A stretch of 62,430 nt of DNA from a bacterium (lineage in GTDB: Bacteria > Patescibacteriota > Minisyncoccia > JAHIHE01 > DAOWLE01). Positions 31,241 through 38,912 of this stretch are shown here, one piece after another; position 1 is the stretch's first letter; each line of letters opens with the position of its first letter. Where the stretch lies: the NCBI GenBank assembly GCA_030643545.1, contig DAOWLE010000005.1, positions 1-62,430 of the forward strand, given 5' to 3'. A program made the translations under genes and the position numbers. Under the pieces are notes generated by a model, which was not told the origin of the DNA, searched no databases, and saw nothing but the letters and a program-made list of their open reading frames with translations.

Positions 31241-31804
31241 TTATTTTTGCAGAAAATTTTTTTCAATAATATATTCCCATCCGGGTTGCCATAATTTCTT
31301 TTTTCTCCAATCCTCATCAATAGCTTGTTTCCAAGTTTTATTTTTTGACAAAACATCTAAAGCCAATTGCGGCGCCTGATGAGCAACAATCGCAATATGT
31401 TTGCTGTCATATTTTTCTTTTAAAAATTCAAGAAAACTATTAATTCTTTTTTCAACGTCTTGATAACTTTCGCCGCTTGGAAATTTAACATCAATATAAT
31501 CAATTAAATTATCTTTAAATTCTTTTGCTGGTTTTCCGGCAAAATCACCGTAATCACATTCTCTTAATCTTTCATCCTGGATTATTTTGTATTTGCCGGC
31601 AAATCCTAATTCAGCAGAATCAACCGCTCTTTTTAAATCAGAACAAAAAACAATATCAAAGTTTTTATCAGAAACAAGTTTGCCTAATTCTTTGGCTTGA
31701 GAAATTCCTAATTCAGATAACTCGCCCGGCAGGCAGCCAGTAGCCAATCCATTTTCATTGTCTGTTGTTGTTCCGTGGACAAAATAAGTAATTTTGATTG
31801 GCAT
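31241..31804 (-). CDS. Histidine phosphatase family protein
   Basis: YFVHGTT, SDLKRA, LRECDYG, GES, IVAH; start placed at MPIKITY (31804). Confidence 0.85.
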   Translation of the reverse strand: MPIKITYFVHGTTTDNENGLATGCLPGELSELGISQAKELGKLVSDKNFDIVFCSDLKRAVDSAELGFAGKYKIIQDERLRECDYGDFAGKPAKEFKDNLIDYIDVKFPSGESYQDVEKRINSFLEFLKEKYDSKHIAIVAHQAPQLALDVLSKNKTWKQAIDEDWRKKKLWQPGWEYIIEKNFLQK

Positions 31805-31869
31805 AGAATTTGTTAAAGTTAAAATATTTGAAAATTTTTCATTTTTCACTTTCAATTTTTCATTTTCGT

Positions 31870-33399
31870 TTATCTCGCATATTCAACTGTCCTTGTTTCC
31901 CGAATGACATGAATTTTAATTTCTCCCGGATATTCTAAATCCTGTTCAACCTTATCGGCGATTTTTTTGGAAAGTTTAATCGCTCCCAAATCGTCAATTT
32001 TTTCCGGTTTAACAAAAATTCTGATTTCCCGTCCGCCCTGAATGGCGTAGCTTTTATTAACCTCGTCAAAAGAATCAGCAATCTTTTCCAATTCCTTGAG
32101 CCGCTTGAGATAATTTTCCAAATTATCTTTTCTTGCGCCAGGCCTTGAAGCGGAAAGCGCGTCTGCCACAGCAATAATAATCGCTTCGTTGGATTCAAAA
32201 GGATATTCTTCGTGATGTGGCCTCATTGTTTTGATCACTTCTTCAGAGATACCAAATTTTTGGAGAATGCTGATTCCAATATCAACATGCCCGCCCTCAA
32301 CTTGATGGCTTACGGATTTTCCAATGTCATGAAGAAGCCCGGCTTTTTTTACCAAAGCAACATCAGCGCCTAATTCCGAAGCCAAAGCGCCGGCCAAGTG
32401 GGCTACTTCTATTGAATGAATTAAAACATTTTGTCCGTAACTTGTTCGGAAAGTGAGCCGCCCGAGAATTTGAATTAATTTTGGAGGAAGTCCGGCAACG
32501 CCGACATCATAACAAGCGGCTTCGCCAGCTTCTTTAATTTTACTGGCTACTTTTTCTTTTGCTTCTTTAATCATATCTTCAATTCTCGCCGGATGAATTC
32601 TTCCATCGCTGATTAATTTTTCCAAAGCCATTTTAGCCACTTGCCGCCTGGCCGGATCAAAACTGGAAACGACAATTGCTTCCGGAGTGTCGTCAATAAT
32701 TATTTCAGCTCCGGTCGCTTTTTCCAAAGTTTTAATATTTCTTCCTTCACGGCCGATAATTCTTCCTTTCAATTCATCCGAAGGAAGACTGACTACCGAA
32801 GTTGTTGATTCAACCGCCTGAGAAGAAGCATACTTTTGCATCGCTAATACCATTAAATCGCACGCCTTTTTGTCCAACTCATCGCTTTCTTCTTCTTCCA
32901 TCCGCTTCATTTTTTGAACTAATTCATTTTTGTATTTTTCTTCAGACATTTTCAAAAGCAAATTTTTCGCCTCTTCATAAGAAAGTTTGGCGATTTTTTG
33001 CAATTTTTCAGATTGTTCTGTTTTGACTTGTTCTACTTCTTCTTTAATGTCTTTAATTTCCTGGGCTTTTTGGAGAAGATTATTTTGAGCACTTTCTAAT
33101 TCTTCGGATTTTTTTTCTAAATTTTCGTCTTTTTTTTCAAGCCGCTCTTCCATTCTGACAAGCTGGCCGTGGCGTTCCTGTTCTTGTTTTTTGCTTTCTT
33201 CCAAGATTTCAACCGATTTGTCTTTTGCCACTAAAAGCATTTCTTTCGCTTTGTCTTTAGCGTCGTTAAGAATCTTAGCCATTTTTGATTCAGCCGTGTC
33301 AATTTGCTTGCTGGCGATTGTCTGGCGAGTGAAATATCCTAAAACCGCTCCGCCAGAAAGAGCAAGCAGGATTAAAAAAAGCATTGTTGTAATTTCCAT
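31870..33399 (-). CDS. rny: Ribonuclease Y
   Basis: N-terminal TM, coiled coil, KH domain (KGRIIGREGRNI), HD domain (LLHDIGK), ASRPGAR. Confidence 0.97.
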   Translation of the reverse strand: MEITTMLFLILLALSGGAVLGYFTRQTIASKQIDTAESKMAKILNDAKDKAKEMLLVAKDKSVEILEESKKQEQERHGQLVRMEERLEKKDENLEKKSEELESAQNNLLQKAQEIKDIKEEVEQVKTEQSEKLQKIAKLSYEEAKNLLLKMSEEKYKNELVQKMKRMEEEESDELDKKACDLMVLAMQKYASSQAVESTTSVVSLPSDELKGRIIGREGRNIKTLEKATGAEIIIDDTPEAIVVSSFDPARRQVAKMALEKLISDGRIHPARIEDMIKEAKEKVASKIKEAGEAACYDVGVAGLPPKLIQILGRLTFRTSYGQNVLIHSIEVAHLAGALASELGADVALVKKAGLLHDIGKSVSHQVEGGHVDIGISILQKFGISEEVIKTMRPHHEEYPFESNEAIIIAVADALSASRPGARKDNLENYLKRLKELEKIADSFDEVNKSYAIQGGREIRIFVKPEKIDDLGAIKLSKKIADKVEQDLEYPGEIKIHVIRETRTVEYAR

Positions 33400-33615
33400 T
33401 TTTTACCTCACAAAATAGATCAGTTATATTGGATTTTATTTGATTTGAATTTAACCGCTGAAATAAAATTTTTTTAACAAAAAAGTATTGATTGTTAATT
33501 TTATAATTTTTCCATAACATTAATTTTGCGTTATCTTATAATTACTGCCTGTTTCTGCAAATAAATCTAATAAAACTAATCAAATTAAACTAATAATAAT
33601 TTACCGACTATTTTT

Positions 33616-33644
33616 AGTTTAACAAATATGTCAAGATTTGTCAA
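33616..33644 (-). promoter_or_regulatory. Sigma70-type promoter upstream of rny
   Basis: TTGACA-17 nt-TAAACT with TG extension on the minus strand. Confidence 0.55.
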
Positions 33645-33706
33645 AACATTGCTGATGCCGGTAAAAAGATGAAATGTTTTTAAAAATAAAAAAACCTCGT
33701 CAGAAC

Positions 33707-33735
33707 TTGACAAAGCTTAAAAAAAATAGTATGGT
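33707..33735 (+). promoter_or_regulatory. Putative sigma70 promoter reading into the ORF-free structured region
   Basis: TTGACA (33707-33712), 17 nt spacer, TATGGT (33730-33735). Confidence 0.45.
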
Positions 33736-33737
33736 TG

Positions 33738-34259
33738 GGAGGCACTGATGCCTCCTGTTAATAATATTATATGAGGTCAGCGCCCCCCGGACCGCGATAT
33801 CAGTCTTCCTAGCCCGGGTGAGAGGCATGACCTCTGTATCTTTAGATGTCTTTAAATTAAAGGCACCTAAAGATACAGAGGGTTCAGAAAACATTTTGAA
33901 TACCGTAGTCTTTGAACAGAAAAAATCTGTTCCTCCTTTTACCGTATAAACGTACTACTGAAATGTGCTGTTTTTGTTTTTCAGTACAAGTAATTTTTTT
34001 ATTTTTATTTTACTTTTTTTGTTTTTGTTTTTGTTAAGTACGATTTACTCAGTAAAAGGAAATTTCCCGCAAATAAATATCATTTGTGAAGAATTTTCTT
34101 CCACTTGAATTTCTTTTTTATATTTTCATCTTAACACTTTTAGTATATCACCTATTTTTCTGTTTGTCAATACTAAGGTTTGAAATTCCGCTTATTTAAA
34201 AGGGAAAACGGGATTTATTTTAAAAAATAGCTCTTAAAATATTTTAAGGGCTGTTTTTT
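33738..34259 (+). ncRNA. Candidate structured non-coding RNA, family not recognised
   Basis: No credible ORF; nested stems GAGGTCA/TGACCTC, CTCTGTATCTTTAG/CTAAAGATACAGAG, TCCTTTTAC/GTAAAAGGA, TACTGAAA/TTTCAGTA; G-U pairs mostly favour the + strand; ends in a hairpin plus T-run. Confidence 0.4.
34142..34170 (-). promoter_or_regulatory. Near-consensus sigma70 promoter
   Basis: TTGACA-17 nt-TATACT with TG extension on the minus strand. Confidence 0.6.
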
Positions 34260-34287
34260 ATCCACACTTATTCACAAGTTATCCACT
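34258..34287 (+). promoter_or_regulatory. Three tandem DnaA-box-like 9-mers
   Basis: TTATCCACA (34258), TTATTCACA (34268), TTATCCACT (34279). Confidence 0.55.
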
Positions 34288-34288
34288 T

Positions 34289-35374
34289 TTAAGCCAAAGC
34301 AAGCCCTAATCTGTGTTCTTTTGGCTCAAAAGAAAGTATTTTAAATTTATATTCTTTATTTACTTCAAGCGATTCTCCTTTTTCTTCATCTTTTTTGATT
34401 TCAGAAATATGAACTAATCCGTGTACATATTCATCCAATTGGACAAAAGCGCCAAATTGGTTAATTTTAGTTATTTTACCCTCAACTTTTTGCCCGACTT
34501 TATATTTATCGCCTGCTTTTTCCCATGGATCTTTTTGCAAAGCCCTTAAACTTAATGAAATTTTTGATCCAGTGATATCAATAATTTTTACTTTAACTTT
34601 TTCGCCGACTTTAACAACATCATTAGGATTATCAATCAATTTCCAGTCCAATTCAGAAATATGAACTAACCCTTCCAAATCATCGCCAAATCCCACAAAA
34701 GCGCCAAAATCAACAATTCCTTTAATAACGCCTTCAACGACATCGCCGACCTTGAATTTACTAATACATTCTTTTGTTTTATCTTCTTCAACGGCTTTTT
34801 CTGAAAGGATCAGTTTTTCTCCCTTTTTGTCTATGTCAATAATTTTAACTTTAAACATTTGATTAATATAATTTCTAAGAATGCTTAAAATCTTGTCTCT
34901 GTCTCCGTTTTTTACTCGCGGATAATGCTGGCGCGTCAAATGGGAAACCGGCAAAAAACCAAATATGCCGTTTATTTCAACAATTAATCCGCCCCTGTTA
35001 GCGTCTAATATTTTTGTCGTAAGAATATCTCCGTTTTTCATATTATCTTTCAAGTTTTGCCAAACTTTATCATAAGACGCTTCCCGCAAAGAAAGCTCTA
35101 CATAACCGTCTTCATTTTCCTGTTCTAAAACAGTGGCGGTTATCTTATCGCCTATTTTTAAGTTTTGCGCGGTTCCCAGTCCGTCATTAAGTTCGCGAGC
35201 CATTACAATTCCCGCGCCAACCGGACCAATGTCTATTAAAAGATTATTTGTGCCGATTGACAAAACATTGCCTTCAATTTTTTCGCCGACTTTAGGCAGG
35301 CGAAAAAGATCCTTTGATTCATTAAAGGCCTTTTTCATTTGAGGCGATTTTTTATCGTCTGTTTTTATTGCCAT
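34289..35374 (-). CDS. rpsA: 30S ribosomal protein S1 (four S1 domains)
   Basis: GFLPVSHL, FGAFV..GLVHISE repeated. Confidence 0.88.
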   Translation of the reverse strand: MAIKTDDKKSPQMKKAFNESKDLFRLPKVGEKIEGNVLSIGTNNLLIDIGPVGAGIVMARELNDGLGTAQNLKIGDKITATVLEQENEDGYVELSLREASYDKVWQNLKDNMKNGDILTTKILDANRGGLIVEINGIFGFLPVSHLTRQHYPRVKNGDRDKILSILRNYINQMFKVKIIDIDKKGEKLILSEKAVEEDKTKECISKFKVGDVVEGVIKGIVDFGAFVGFGDDLEGLVHISELDWKLIDNPNDVVKVGEKVKVKIIDITGSKISLSLRALQKDPWEKAGDKYKVGQKVEGKITKINQFGAFVQLDEYVHGLVHISEIKKDEEKGESLEVNKEYKFKILSFEPKEHRLGLALA

Positions 35375-35500
35375 TGTTTATAATTTAATTTCATTTTTAC
35401 TTTTTCAGTATAAAACAATTTTTAAAATTTAGCAAGCTCATCCTAAAACTTTAAAAAAAGTATGTTAAAAATAAGGCGTAAAATAAAGATATTTTGACTC

Positions 35501-35599
35501 TTGACAAACCTTTTATTTTATGCTACAATGTAAGATAAAATAAAAAGATAAATAAATTTAGGAATTGGACTTGACAAGATTTTCAATCTGTGCTATAGT
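35501..35599 (+). promoter_or_regulatory. Two tandem near-consensus sigma70 promoters, 70 bp apart
   Basis: TTGACA(35501)-17-TACAAT(35524) and TTGACA(35571)-17-TATAGT(35594), each preceded by TGC. Confidence 0.7.
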
Positions 35600-35615
35600 G
35601 TAGAATAAAATAAAA

Positions 35616-35972
35616 GACAAAAACTTCTTTTAAAAAATAATTTAGAAATATAAAGAAGAGAGAGCTTTATATATTTATGTAATTATTGTTTTTATAATTA
35701 ATTATAGGCGGCTCTCTCCCGCCCGCAATAATTCCCAAAAGGGATTTAGGCGGGCAAAGAGCCGCCTATTTTAATTTAGTACTTTGTCAGAGAGAAATAT
35801 GGAGAGGATACCCCGAAGCAATTTTTTGGAAATGCTACAGGGCAAGGAAAAATTTATCCTGAATTAGTGGAGCCGGTGGAAACAAATGCCGCGGGCAAAA
35901 ATTATAAAAAAGATTTTTGCCGATACTGCCTTAATTTTGAAATAAAATAATTCTTCTTCATTTTTCTCTTTA
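35616..35972 (+). ncRNA. Candidate structured 5' RNA of the cassette locus
   Basis: Stems ATAGGCGGCTCT/AGAGCCGCCTAT, CCCGCC/GGCGGG, GGCAAAAAT/ATTTTTGCC, AGAGAGAAATATGGAGAGGA/TCTTCTTCATTTTTCTCTT; no ORF of 60 aa or more. Confidence 0.4.
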
Positions 35973-36036
35973 ACAAAAAAAAGAGATAGCACATTTAAAA
36001 ACCCCAATTAGATATGCACTATCTAAACAGGGTAAA

Positions 36037-36216
36037 AAAGGGAAAGAGAGAAAAATTGCTTCATTGCTAAATAGAAATATTCTCCTAATGAATTAAGGTT
36101 CTAAAATATTTTGGAATTTTGGTTCATTATGGAGAATGGTTTCTCTGTAATAGTTGCAGATTTGTCTATCAAAACAAGGGTGGTCTTATAAGACCATAGG
36201 AGAATGAAAAAAAATG
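36037..36216 (+). repeat. Cassette leader repeat, copy 1
   Basis: Aligns end to end with 37651-37829; long G-U-rich hairpin, small hairpin, GGAGA RBS, ATG. Confidence 0.85.
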
Positions 36217-36660
36217 GTAGACGGAAATGTAGTAAGCCTGGTCGGGGGCGAAACCGGTAGTAGTATTCGCGGGCGAATGGATTTTGCTCGCATGGAGGCG
36301 GAGAACTTTAAACTTGATCCGCAAGAAATGGAGCGGGTTGAAAAATTGCGAGAGGAAACATCCGGAGTGTATAGTGTTGTTCGATACCCACTTCAAACAA
36401 AGTGGGGAGTAGTCACAGTTGTCAAAATGGAAGCGTATAATGCTTTCGGAGATTACACCGATTATTGGGTGGAATCCGAAGACAAAAACGCTTTAAGAGA
36501 TATTCTGGAGTGGCAAGCAAAGAAGCAGTTAGTAACAAAACCGCAAGAGATTGAAAAGGCCCGTGAGTATATTCCATTGAATCCAGAAAACGGTATGTGG
36601 TATGTATCGTTTTTATGGAAAGGCGAATTCGAGAAATTTGTTGAGGAGGTGAGCGAATAA
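36214..36660 (+). CDS. Hypothetical protein (cassette 1, gene a)
   Basis: 148 aa with upstream GGAGA RBS; GC higher than neighbouring host genes; no recognisable motif. Confidence 0.7.
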   Translation: MVDGNVVSLVGGETGSSIRGRMDFARMEAENFKLDPQEMERVEKLREETSGVYSVVRYPLQTKWGVVTVVKMEAYNAFGDYTDYWVESEDKNALRDILEWQAKKQLVTKPQEIEKAREYIPLNPENGMWYVSFLWKGEFEKFVEEVSE

Positions 36661-36661
36661 G

Positions 36662-37423
36662 ATGTCGCTCGTAGAGATGTATAGCTCTTACCCCTCCGAG
36701 ATAAAGAGAAATCTGAACTCATCTCGGAGTTCAGGAAACTATTATTTCCTGATGGGAGAAACGATAGACCGCTGGGGACTAAACAATGCCCCTTATGAGC
36801 CGACATTTTCAGTGCGAAGTAAGAAATACTACCGCATTGAAATTCGGAGACGGCTGTTGCGAGAGTTGTATATCGCCGAAATACAGGGGCTTCCCGTCCC
36901 AGTGCCTCGGACAGGTGACGCTGAAGAATTCATCAGGGAGTTCAAAGATCCGGTGATGCTCGCAGTCGGCAACTGCGCTGTAGGACCGAGCGATCTGCGC
37001 GAAGGACTTCATCGGTTTGATGAGGTTTTCGTTTTCGATGCTACGGAAACGGAAGAGGACTGGAGAACAAGGCACGATGCTATGGAAACAGCGAAAGCTG
37101 CGATGGAGTGGATAGGTTCTGAAGATTCGCAAGGCGGATTGTCGTGGACATACGGAAAATTGCGAGAAGGCTCACTGGCACACCAGAAACTTGAACAAAA
37201 AAGGGACGGAGTTCTCTTTAATCACGAAATCGTGTTCGAGTTTGAGGATGAGTGTCCTCTCGGCGTTCAGTGCGACAATGAAGTACTGTTCTGTAACGCT
37301 TCGGGGAAAAGAATTGAATTCGTGATCTATTCGTATGATCACGATACTGTTCAGCGCCGTCTCACACCAGGTCAAGCAATTTTATTCAGTCATCCTTTCC
37401 CGGATGATGGGGAGGTGGACTGA
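36662..37423 (+). CDS. Hypothetical protein (cassette 1, gene b)
   Basis: 253 aa; GGAGGTG RBS in the end of the previous gene; two 60-nt spot counts gave 45% and 60% GC; no recognisable motif. Confidence 0.7.
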   Translation: MSLVEMYSSYPSEIKRNLNSSRSSGNYYFLMGETIDRWGLNNAPYEPTFSVRSKKYYRIEIRRRLLRELYIAEIQGLPVPVPRTGDAEEFIREFKDPVMLAVGNCAVGPSDLREGLHRFDEVFVFDATETEEDWRTRHDAMETAKAAMEWIGSEDSQGGLSWTYGKLREGSLAHQKLEQKRDGVLFNHEIVFEFEDECPLGVQCDNEVLFCNASGKRIEFVIYSYDHDTVQRRLTPGQAILFSHPFPDDGEVD

Positions 37424-37440
37424 GTAAAGATAGTGGAATA

Positions 37441-37605
37441 AAAACCCGCAGGAGCAAAAACTTCTCGGGTTGAGGTTTTTTCTTTTCCTTTTGAGAAGAG
37501 AAACCAATAAAAAAGCACATTAAAGATAAAAAAATGAGGAAGGAATAGCATTCGTTTCTTCCTCCTCTATTTTTAAGTCCGCAAATATTTTGTGAATTTA
37601 AAAAT
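37441..37605 (+). repeat. Cassette trailer repeat, copy 1
   Basis: Aligns with 38287-38454: AAAACCCGCAGG, GAGAAACCAATAA, AGCACATTAAA, AAAAAAATGAGGAAGGAA, CTTCCTCCTCTATTTTTAAGT, ATTTAAAAAT. Confidence 0.85.
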
Positions 37606-37650
37606 GCTCTGAACCGTGAAAGGTTGAGAGTAAAATTAAAATGCACTTTT

Positions 37651-37829
37651 AAAGGGGAAAGAGAAATAATTGCTTCATTGCTGATTAAAATTATTCTCCT
37701 AATGAATTAAGATTCTAAAATATTTTTTGGAATTTTGGTTCATTATGGAGAATTCCGTAATAGTTGCAAGATTTGTCTATCGAAACAAGGGTGGGTCGCT
37801 TAGATCCATAGGAGAAAAAAAGAAAAATG
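37651..37829 (+). repeat. Cassette leader repeat, copy 2
   Basis: Shares AATTGCTTCATTGCT, TATTCTCCTAATGAATTAAG, TTGGAATTTTGGTTCATTATGGAGAAT, GTAATAGTTGCA, ATTTGTCTATC, AAACAAGGGTGG and CCATAGGAGAA with copy 1. Confidence 0.85.
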
Positions 37830-38288
37830 ATAGATGAAAAAACAAACCCGACCGGGGGTAAAACCGGAGAAGTAAGTATTGACAAGCTACTTAAAGTAGC
37901 TGTTGAAGCAAATAAGGGAGAGAAAGAGAAGTTTGATGCAGGACTTAGCGGAATTAAGACCTGCATGAAAATAATAGCCGCGACGACAAATGACTATTAT
38001 CAAAAGACTGACTTTTACACGGAAAGTAGAATCCATGCAAAAGTTAATGTGAATAGTCTTAAGCAACCATCTTTTGGATATTATCCCAAGGGAATTGTTG
38101 ACGGAGATCTTTCTCTTACAAGTAGAGACGGAAAAGTAATCTTCGTCTTTCAAGAGGGAAGTCGCGGAAATGCAAAAAAGGCATGCTGGGGGATTCCAGT
38201 CGAAAAGCTGGATTGCATCCTTGCTTGCAATTTCCTAAAATTTAAAGAGATGATTATAGAATATCTCCAAATTTTGGGAAATCAGTAA
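37827..38288 (+). CDS. Hypothetical protein (cassette 2)
   Basis: 153 aa; RBS supplied by the leader repeat; the TAA stop overlaps the start of the trailer repeat. Confidence 0.7.
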   Translation: MIDEKTNPTGGKTGEVSIDKLLKVAVEANKGEKEKFDAGLSGIKTCMKIIAATTNDYYQKTDFYTESRIHAKVNVNSLKQPSFGYYPKGIVDGDLSLTSRDGKVIFVFQEGSRGNAKKACWGIPVEKLDCILACNFLKFKEMIIEYLQILGNQ

Positions 38289-38454
38289 AACCCGCAGGGT
38301 TCACCCCTCGATTAAGGTTTTCTTCTTTCCTCTTTGGAAAGAGAAACCAATAATAGCACATTAAATTAAAAAAATGAGGAAGGAAAAAGAGCACTCTCTT
38401 TTCCTTCCTCCTCTATTTTTAAGTTTATAAATTTTATTTTGTTGATTTAAAAAT
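38287..38454 (+). repeat. Cassette trailer repeat, copy 2
   Basis: Aligns with 37441-37605; same hairpins with different stem lengths. Confidence 0.85.
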
Positions 38455-38491
38455 ACCCCGCATTAAATAATGCGAGGTGAAATAAAGAAAG

Positions 38492-38625
38492 AAGCCAGAA
38501 GCGCTTTTAGTCCCGCTCTTTTTAATCTCTCTCTGCTTCCATTAAAGAAAATAAGGTAAATTTATTTTATCAAAATTTTTTAACGGAAATTAAAAGGGCG
38601 GGGCAGAAGCGCTTTTGGCTTTTTT
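38492..38625 (+). terminator. Long stem-loop followed by a T-run closing the cassette unit
   Basis: AAGCCAGAAGCGCTTTT pairs with AGAAGCGCTTTTGGCTT (G-U pairs on +); inner CCCGCTCTTTT/AAAAGGGCGGG. Confidence 0.55.
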
Positions 38626-38626
38626 A

Positions 38627-38660
38627 AAAAAAGGCGAGGATATATATCCTCGCCTTTTTT
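38627..38660. repeat. Perfect AGGCGA..TCGCCT palindrome downstream of rpsR, possible terminator
   Basis: AAAAAAGGCGAGGATAT|ATATCCTCGCCTTTTTT. Confidence 0.6.
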
Positions 38661-38682
38661 AAGTTGAAATAATAAAATAGGC

Positions 38683-38895
38683 CTATCTCGAAACAAACGG
38701 CAAAAGAGCCATTCGCCGGGCGCGTTTGATAGCTTGAGAAAGTTTTCGCTGATGTTTTGCGCAAGTGCCTGTTCTCCTCACCGGCAGAATTTTCGCGCGC
38801 GGGCTGATAAATTTCCTCAAAAGCGAAACATTTTTATAATCTATATCTTCAATTTTCTCCTGGCAAAAAAAGCAGGATCTTTTTATTTGTTGCAT
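38683..38895 (-). CDS. rpsR: 30S ribosomal protein S18
   Basis: [24 protein letters not shown]. Confidence 0.97.
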   Translation of the reverse strand: MQQIKRSCFFCQEKIEDIDYKNVSLLRKFISPRAKILPVRRTGTCAKHQRKLSQAIKRARRMALLPFVSR

Positions 38896-38912
38896 AATAT
38901 AAAATTAAAAAA

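Noticed and set aside
33700..33894. 64-aa minus-strand ORF in the structured region
   Set aside because: No recognisable motif, and it runs through long hairpins better explained as RNA structure; a small peptide cannot be fully excluded
33738..35972. tmRNA, RNase P RNA or SRP RNA
   Set aside because: Hallmark motifs (tRNA-like ends, GAGGAAAGTCC, SRP domain IV loop) were not found by eye on either strand
36037..38454. CRISPR array or classical integron
   Set aside because: Repeats are 165-180 nt with gene-sized inserts; no cas genes or tyrosine integrase in the window; I could not identify attC R-box ends
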